Source of the DNA: Candidatus Omnitrophota bacterium
GTDB lineage: Bacteria; Omnitrophota; Gorgyraeia; Duberdicusellales; 4484-171
Direction: 5' to 3'
DNA length: 64,000 bases
NCBI GenBank assembly: GCA_043823745.1
Contig: JBDRAN010000048.1
Coordinates: 896-64,895 of the forward strand
Part shown: piece after piece, positions 59,074 to 64,000 of the stretch
Position numbering within the stretch: the stretch's first letter is position 1
How the letters are laid out: the number at the start of each line of letters is the position of its first letter
Notes under the pieces: generated by a model
Seen by the model: the letters and a program-made list of their open reading frames with translations, nothing else
What the model was told of the DNA's origin: nothing
The model's database searches: none
Program-made: the position numbers and the translations under genes

Positions 59074-59619
59074 ATGGAACGTTTAATGGTTTTTACTGAT
59101 GCGGAATACGTAGTACAGAAACTAAAAGATTTAGGCGGCGCAAAAAATCCGATACGGCGTAAAGATATACGGTGGATCAATATTATCAAGTGGATCACCG
59201 CCCGCAGGCAGCTTATTCGTTGTTACTATTATTCCGCGGAATTCAGCAAAGAAGAGAACCCGCGCACATACCAGGAGCAGCAGGAGTATTTAAGGGGCCT
59301 GAAACTTGCCATTCCTTATTTTGAAATAAAGCTCGGAAGGCTTGTCCACGTCAACAATATGTGGATTCAGAAAGGTCTTGATGTTAAGATTGCTGTCGAT
59401 ATGTTCTCAAAAGCTGCCTCCGATCAGTATGATACTGCCGCGCTTCTGTCGGGTGATTCTGATTTCGTCGAGATGATCGGCGAGATCAAAGAGCGCTACG
59501 GTAAACATATTGAGCTCTATACGTTTGACCAATCGATTCACGATAGCCTGCGCCTTGCGCCCGATCGGCATTTTGTTATTGACGCCACAACTGCCCGCAC
59601 GCATAAGTTTTGGGTGTAG
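59074..59619 (+). CDS. NYN domain (LabA/DUF88, PIN-like) protein
   Basis: [31 protein letters not shown]. Confidence 0.88.
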   Translation: MERLMVFTDAEYVVQKLKDLGGAKNPIRRKDIRWINIIKWITARRQLIRCYYYSAEFSKEENPRTYQEQQEYLRGLKLAIPYFEIKLGRLVHVNNMWIQKGLDVKIAVDMFSKAASDQYDTAALLSGDSDFVEMIGEIKERYGKHIELYTFDQSIHDSLRLAPDRHFVIDATTARTHKFWV

Positions 59620-59874
59620 TAAGCTGCAAGCTACAGGCCTCAAGCCGCAGGATTTTAGAAAGACGTGTAGTCGTTCAATTCTGTCTCCTATTCGTTTTAT
59701 CTCCCTTCAGTTGAGCAAGTAAAAAAATAATAATGTAGTTCGTGGATTGCGATCTGTGTGGCCTGAGGTTTTTTTGCAAGGTTTATTTAACTTAGGGCTA
59801 TATTCTGTGTTTTGTAGCTTGTAGCTTGCACCTTGTAGCCTGTAGCGGATAGCGGTAAAGAGGTAAAGAAAAAG

Positions 59875-59921
59875 AAAAAGGGTAGGAGAGGGAACGGCGT
59901 GTTCTCTTCCTACCCTTTTTA
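59875..59921. terminator. bidirectional terminator
   Basis: aaaaagggtagga...tcctacccttttt. Confidence 0.75.
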
Positions 59922-59925
59922 TTAT

Positions 59926-60255
59926 TTATCTTCTGAATTTGCCGCCGCCGAAACCGCCGCCGCCGAAATCATCTCGTCTGCCGGTGCCGGTACGAGGCTG
60001 CATCTTGCGAGCTTTACTGACTCGCATGGTCCTGCCGTTTAGTTCCTTACCGTCCAGGGCCTCTATAGCCTGAGTGGCTTGTTCTTCAGTCTCGAATTCA
60101 GCAAATCCGAAACCCTTTGATTTCCCTGTAAATTTATCGTTGATGATTTTCACCTCTTTTACGGTGACACCCTTTTCTTCGATAAATTTCCTGATTTCAT
60201 CTTCAGTGACCCCAAATTCCAAATTACCAATGTATAACTTTTTCTCTTCGTCCAT
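59926..60255 (-). CDS. RRM RNA-binding protein with Gly-rich tail
   Basis: LYIGNL (RNP2), KGFGFAEF (RNP1). Confidence 0.93.
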   Translation of the reverse strand: MDEEKKLYIGNLEFGVTEDEIRKFIEEKGVTVKEVKIINDKFTGKSKGFGFAEFETEEQATQAIEALDGKELNGRTMRVSKARKMQPRTGTGRRDDFGGGGFGGGKFRR

Positions 60256-60329
60256 GTTTTCGATCTCCTTTAACGTGTTACGTACAATTTAACTGACCCT
60301 TACCAAAATGATACAACTCCCGAACTACT

Positions 60330-60488
60330 CTAAATCTTCTTGCGCCGTTCCCTCCTTTTTTGAGATGGTTTCGTGTAATATTGCCGCTCCCGGCATTCTC
60401 TAATAATGCCTTCGCGCTTGCACATGATATTGAATTTTCTCAGTGCTTTTTCAAAGTCTTCGTTTCGTTCGATCCTAACTTCTGCCAT
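60330..60488 (-). CDS. rpsU: 30S ribosomal protein bS21 (not in ORF track)
   Basis: MAEVRIERNEDFEKALRKFNIMCKREGIIRECRERQYYTKPSQKRRERRKKI; GGAGG SD. Confidence 0.9.
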   Translation of the reverse strand: MAEVRIERNEDFEKALRKFNIMCKREGIIRECRERQYYTKPSQKRRERRKKI

Positions 60489-60648
60489 TTTTATCCTCCA
60501 GTCTTTAAAACGTTAGTACTATATATACCACAATTCCGGGTTTTTTCAAGAAAAAAAAGGTTAATTTTTATACCTTATCTAACTCATTGGGCGGCATGTG
60601 GTAATGAAAATTACTGTCAATTTTCCATTTTCTGCTACAATAATACAT

Positions 60649-61344
60649 ATGTTTCTTCTTTTTGCGGCGATCGCACCCGCGGCCGCCCTTATAATCTATT
60701 TTTACTGTAAAGACAAGCACGAGAAAGAACCTCTTGACCTGCTCGCAAAGGCGTTTCTTGCCGGTATTATCATCACCTTTGTTGCTATGGTGATTGAGCC
60801 TTTTTTCCTCGGAGTTATTAAAAATATCCCCTTTGTCCTGTTTCGGGTATTCCTGGCTTCGTTCGTTATGGCGGCTCTGGTAGAGGAAGGCCTCAAGTTT
60901 CTCGCGTTTAAGCTGGTCATATACGATAGGAAGGATTTTAACGAGCCGTATGACGGAATACTGTACGCGGTAATGATTTCTCTTGGGTTCGCAACGATTG
61001 AAAACATTGGGTATATTGTTTCCGAATTCACGCGCACGGGGTTTATCGGTGCGTACGGTCTTAGCGTAGGCCGCGCACTTTTTTCAGTAACCATCCATGC
61101 CTTTACCGCAGCGATTATGGGTTACTATCTTGGACTCGCAAAATTTTGCGGCGGGAAAAGAGAGGCGGAGTATCAATGGAAAGGCCTTGGGTTTGCGGTT
61201 CTGGCGCACGGGTCTTTTAATTTTTTTATTCTGACGCTCACTCCGGTTGGGATATTGCTGGCATTCGTCGTGTTTCTTGTCGCCTGGTTCCAAACGCTAC
61301 GCGCAATCAAGCTCCACTCTGCTAATTCACCATTCAGGAAATAG
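60649..61344 (+). CDS. prsW: PrsW family intramembrane metalloprotease
   Basis: EKEP, EEGLK, GFATIEN, H...AHGSFN. Confidence 0.88.
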   Translation: MFLLFAAIAPAAALIIYFYCKDKHEKEPLDLLAKAFLAGIIITFVAMVIEPFFLGVIKNIPFVLFRVFLASFVMAALVEEGLKFLAFKLVIYDRKDFNEPYDGILYAVMISLGFATIENIGYIVSEFTRTGFIGAYGLSVGRALFSVTIHAFTAAIMGYYLGLAKFCGGKREAEYQWKGLGFAVLAHGSFNFFILTLTPVGILLAFVVFLVAWFQTLRAIKLHSANSPFRK

Positions 61345-61351
61345 CGGATAG

Positions 61352-61528
61352 TCCCCTTCCTCTGCGAGGACGCTTCGCAGTCGGGGAGGCTACACTGCGT
61401 TTCGCACCGTTTAGCGTAGAGCGTAGAGACAGAATCGAGAATAAGAAATTTTAGATCTTTTTCTCCTAAACGCTAACCGGTGCGAAGCCGTACGGAGCCT
61501 CCCCTCAAGGGGATCTCCGTAGGGGACG
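61352..61528. repeat. large inverted repeat of the GTCCCC...GGGGAGGC family
   Basis: Arms related to 47123-47191 and 58779-58806. Confidence 0.6.
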
Positions 61529-61998
61529 AAGGACGACTGTTCATTTCATTCGCTGGGAGGTAGGACGTGGGACGAGAAGCATTAATTCTCGTTATTTGCT
61601 ACTCGTTGCGCGCTACTTTTGATTATAAATCTCTGGAATCTTTTCCTAATCGTTGTAATCATGGCTTAAGCCATATAAATAAAAACCCCTCCCCCAAACT
61701 ACCAGGGAGAGGGTCCGTGGCTTTGGTCCCCTCATGGAGACCCGTCAATTAATCGTAACATGCTAACACTATGCTTTTCAAGGGGTTAGAGACCATCGCT
61801 TGAAACCGCTTACCATGCTTGATATTTCAAGGCTTTTTCAGCTTTGCATCACGGTTTTTTTAAAAATACTCTTGAAAATATCATCTTTCTTGAAAATAGA
61901 TGGATTTGTGATAATTCGTCTTTAATTCGTGTTCATTCGTGTAGGATTCTTAAAACCCTTCACAGTTGTGGGTTTTTAAGGTAAAATAAGCCCAATCT

Positions 61999-63234
61999 AT
62001 GGCTGATATTGACGCAGTTATAACAGGGATCGGAGTTATCGCCCCTAGCGGTATTGGCAAGGAAATCTTCTGGAAAGGGCTTGAAGCCGGCTTAGATACC
62101 GTCAGTGAAGTTACTGCTTTTGACACCGGAAAATTTAATGTCCATTGCGCCGCTGAAATAAAAAACTTCTCAGCCGAACAATTTCTTGGCGCAAAGGGCC
62201 TGCGTAGCATTGACCGCAGTGCGCTTGTGCTCATGGTAGCCGCTCAACAGGCTATCGAGGAGGCAAAGCTTGAAATTATCGATGCAACCACTGATGATTT
62301 TGGCGTCTGTACCGGGACAACCTTTTCTCATCTAGGCGCAATTATTGAGTTTGACCGAGAAGTCTTGCGTGACGGACTTGAGTTTTCAAACCCCGCTTTT
62401 TTCCCTTCAACGGTTATCAACGCCGCCTCATCCCAGGTTTCTATTCGCTTTAACATTCAAGGGTTTAACACAACGATCAGCACCGGTTTTACTGCAGGGC
62501 TTGACGCTCTGAAATACTCGATCGATGCGCTAGCTACAAATAAAGCGAAAACCGTATTAACCGGAAGCGTCGATGTTTTAACTTCATCGTTATTTTTCGG
62601 CTTTCATAAATTAGGCTACATGGCCGGTCTTACCGGGCCCGCATTATCATGTCCTTTTGATGCCCGGCGTAATGGCCCGGTTCTGGGGGAAGCAGCCACG
62701 GTTTTTTGTGTTGAAGATGCCGCCAGGGCTCGCAGCCGCGGCGTAAAAATTTACGCCCGCATTAAATCCGTAGCTTGCCATTTTGACGCGTTTCGCATGG
62801 GTAAGATCCATCCCCAAGGGTTAGGCATTGAAAAGGCGATCGTCAAGGCACTTCGCGATGCGCGGCTTAGGCCCGCTGACATTGATTACATTTCAAGCTG
62901 TGCTAATTCCTCAAAAGAACTCGACAGTATTGAGGTTAAGGTTTTAAGGCGCGTTTTTGGCGACAACCTAAAAAGGATTCCGGTAAGCTCCGTTAAGTCG
63001 ATGCTTGGTGAAACTTTTTCTGCCGCTGGGCCGCTTCAAATTGTTTCATGCCTGGGCGCGATGCACCGGGGGATTATCCCGCCGACGATCAACTATCAGG
63101 AAAAGGACGCGCTTTGCGATATTGATTGTGTTCCTAACGTAAGCCGCAAGCGTGATGTGCGCCGGGCGCTTATTACTTCCTTTGGTCCCGGCGGGTATAA
63201 TAGCGCCTGCGTGCTTGAGCGTTGGGAAAATTAA
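61999..63234 (+). CDS. beta-ketoacyl synthase homolog lacking the catalytic triad (chain-length-factor-like)
   Basis: VITGIG, PFDARRNG, IIPPTIN; STGFTAG, SSCANS and LGET at the Cys/His/His positions. Confidence 0.85.
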   Translation: MADIDAVITGIGVIAPSGIGKEIFWKGLEAGLDTVSEVTAFDTGKFNVHCAAEIKNFSAEQFLGAKGLRSIDRSALVLMVAAQQAIEEAKLEIIDATTDDFGVCTGTTFSHLGAIIEFDREVLRDGLEFSNPAFFPSTVINAASSQVSIRFNIQGFNTTISTGFTAGLDALKYSIDALATNKAKTVLTGSVDVLTSSLFFGFHKLGYMAGLTGPALSCPFDARRNGPVLGEAATVFCVEDAARARSRGVKIYARIKSVACHFDAFRMGKIHPQGLGIEKAIVKALRDARLRPADIDYISSCANSSKELDSIEVKVLRRVFGDNLKRIPVSSVKSMLGETFSAAGPLQIVSCLGAMHRGIIPPTINYQEKDALCDIDCVPNVSRKRDVRRALITSFGPGGYNSACVLERWEN

Positions 63235-63438
63235 GCGAAAACCGTCTTTCTTCCCGCTTTTATTAATTAAACCATTTTCCACCTCTGAGATGGAAATGGG
63301 TATAGCGATTAAAAGTAAGCCTTCCTTGCTTTATCTCTCCCGCTCGATTTAAGAAAAATGAAGCATGACCCTTGACAATGCGGCAATAATATTGTATATG
63401 TGCATTATAAATGCAAATTTGCATATAGGAGAAAGATT

Positions 63439-64000
63439 ATGCGTTACGTTACCAGAGACATTGAGCCTATCATAAAAACTGCCGCAGCGCAGTTTCCTTC
63501 AATAATCCTGACAGGTCCGCGGCAGTCAGGGAAAACAACGTTACTGCAGCATCTTTTTTCGAAAAAATACACATACGTTTCCATGGATGATCCGGCATCG
63601 CGATTGATGGCGACTGATGAACCGGTTCTTTTTTTCCAGAATTATAAACCGCCGGTCATCATCGATGAGATCCAATATGCGCCAAAGCTTCTTTCATATA
63701 TCAAGATAATGATCGACAAAAAACGAAACGTAGCGGGGCAATTTTTGTTGACCGGCTCGCAACTTTTTCCTCTGATGGCGCATGTCAGCGAGTCCTTGGC
63801 GGGGAGAATAGCGGTTTTTAATCTTTTGTCATTTTCGTTCTCGGAGCTCTCCGGCCGTGCCGTGCCCCACGATATGCAGGCATTAAAGCATCTGGTTCTA
63901 CGCGGAGGTTTTCCTGAAGTAAATATCAGGAAGAACATAAATCTTGAATTATGGTTTTCCGGATATCTTCAGACATACCTTGAGCGCGATGTCCGTCAGT
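63439..64000 (+). CDS. AAA_14/DUF4143-type ATPase, partial (not in ORF track)
   Basis: MRYVTRDIE...LTGPRQSGKTT...IIDEIQYAP...LTGSQ...ESLAGR; open to the window end. Confidence 0.88.
   Translation, partial: MRYVTRDIEPIIKTAAAQFPSIILTGPRQSGKTTLLQHLFSKKYTYVSMDDPASRLMATDEPVLFFQNYKPPVIIDEIQYAPKLLSYIKIMIDKKRNVAGQFLLTGSQLFPLMAHVSESLAGRIAVFNLLSFSFSELSGRAVPHDMQALKHLVLRGGFPEVNIRKNINLELWFSGYLQTYLERDVRQ

Noticed and set aside
63642-63938. 98-aa minus-strand ORF
   Set aside because: Antisense to the clear AAA ATPase starting at 63439.

Overview
Bacterial genomic window. Gene content (class III Hcp, polyP cluster, several PilZ proteins, GDYXXLXY/DUF2157) and the dense heptamer and palindromic intergenic repeats are compatible with an anaerobe of the PVC/Omnitrophota type; this taxonomy is an inference only. 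The first ~11.7 kb is visibly AT-richer accessory DNA. It holds the right end of an integrated element (DUF2958, HTH genes), two tRNA-3'-like att remnants each carrying a start-less recombinase-like C-terminal tail, a c-di-GMP-I-like riboswitch, and a glycosyl/methyl/radical-SAM surface-modification cluster. The rest is largely core or stress-response DNA: DbpA and DeaD-type helicases, two ABC-F ATPases, a stand-alone EF-G, rrf2-hcp, a ppx-ppk1-CHAD-phosphoesterase operon, purF-like/metF/rlmB, c-di-GMP signalling genes, an NYN nuclease, an RRM protein, rpsU, prsW and an inactive ketosynthase. The most striking unexplained signal is a ~45-nt two-hairpin module: a covarying stem with a conserved bulged C, then a pyrimidine-loop hairpin, then AAG. 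It occurs in nested, Russian-doll arrays directly in front of the Shine-Dalgarno of both the EF-G gene and the NYN-nuclease gene. No CRISPR array, rRNA or complete tRNA was seen.
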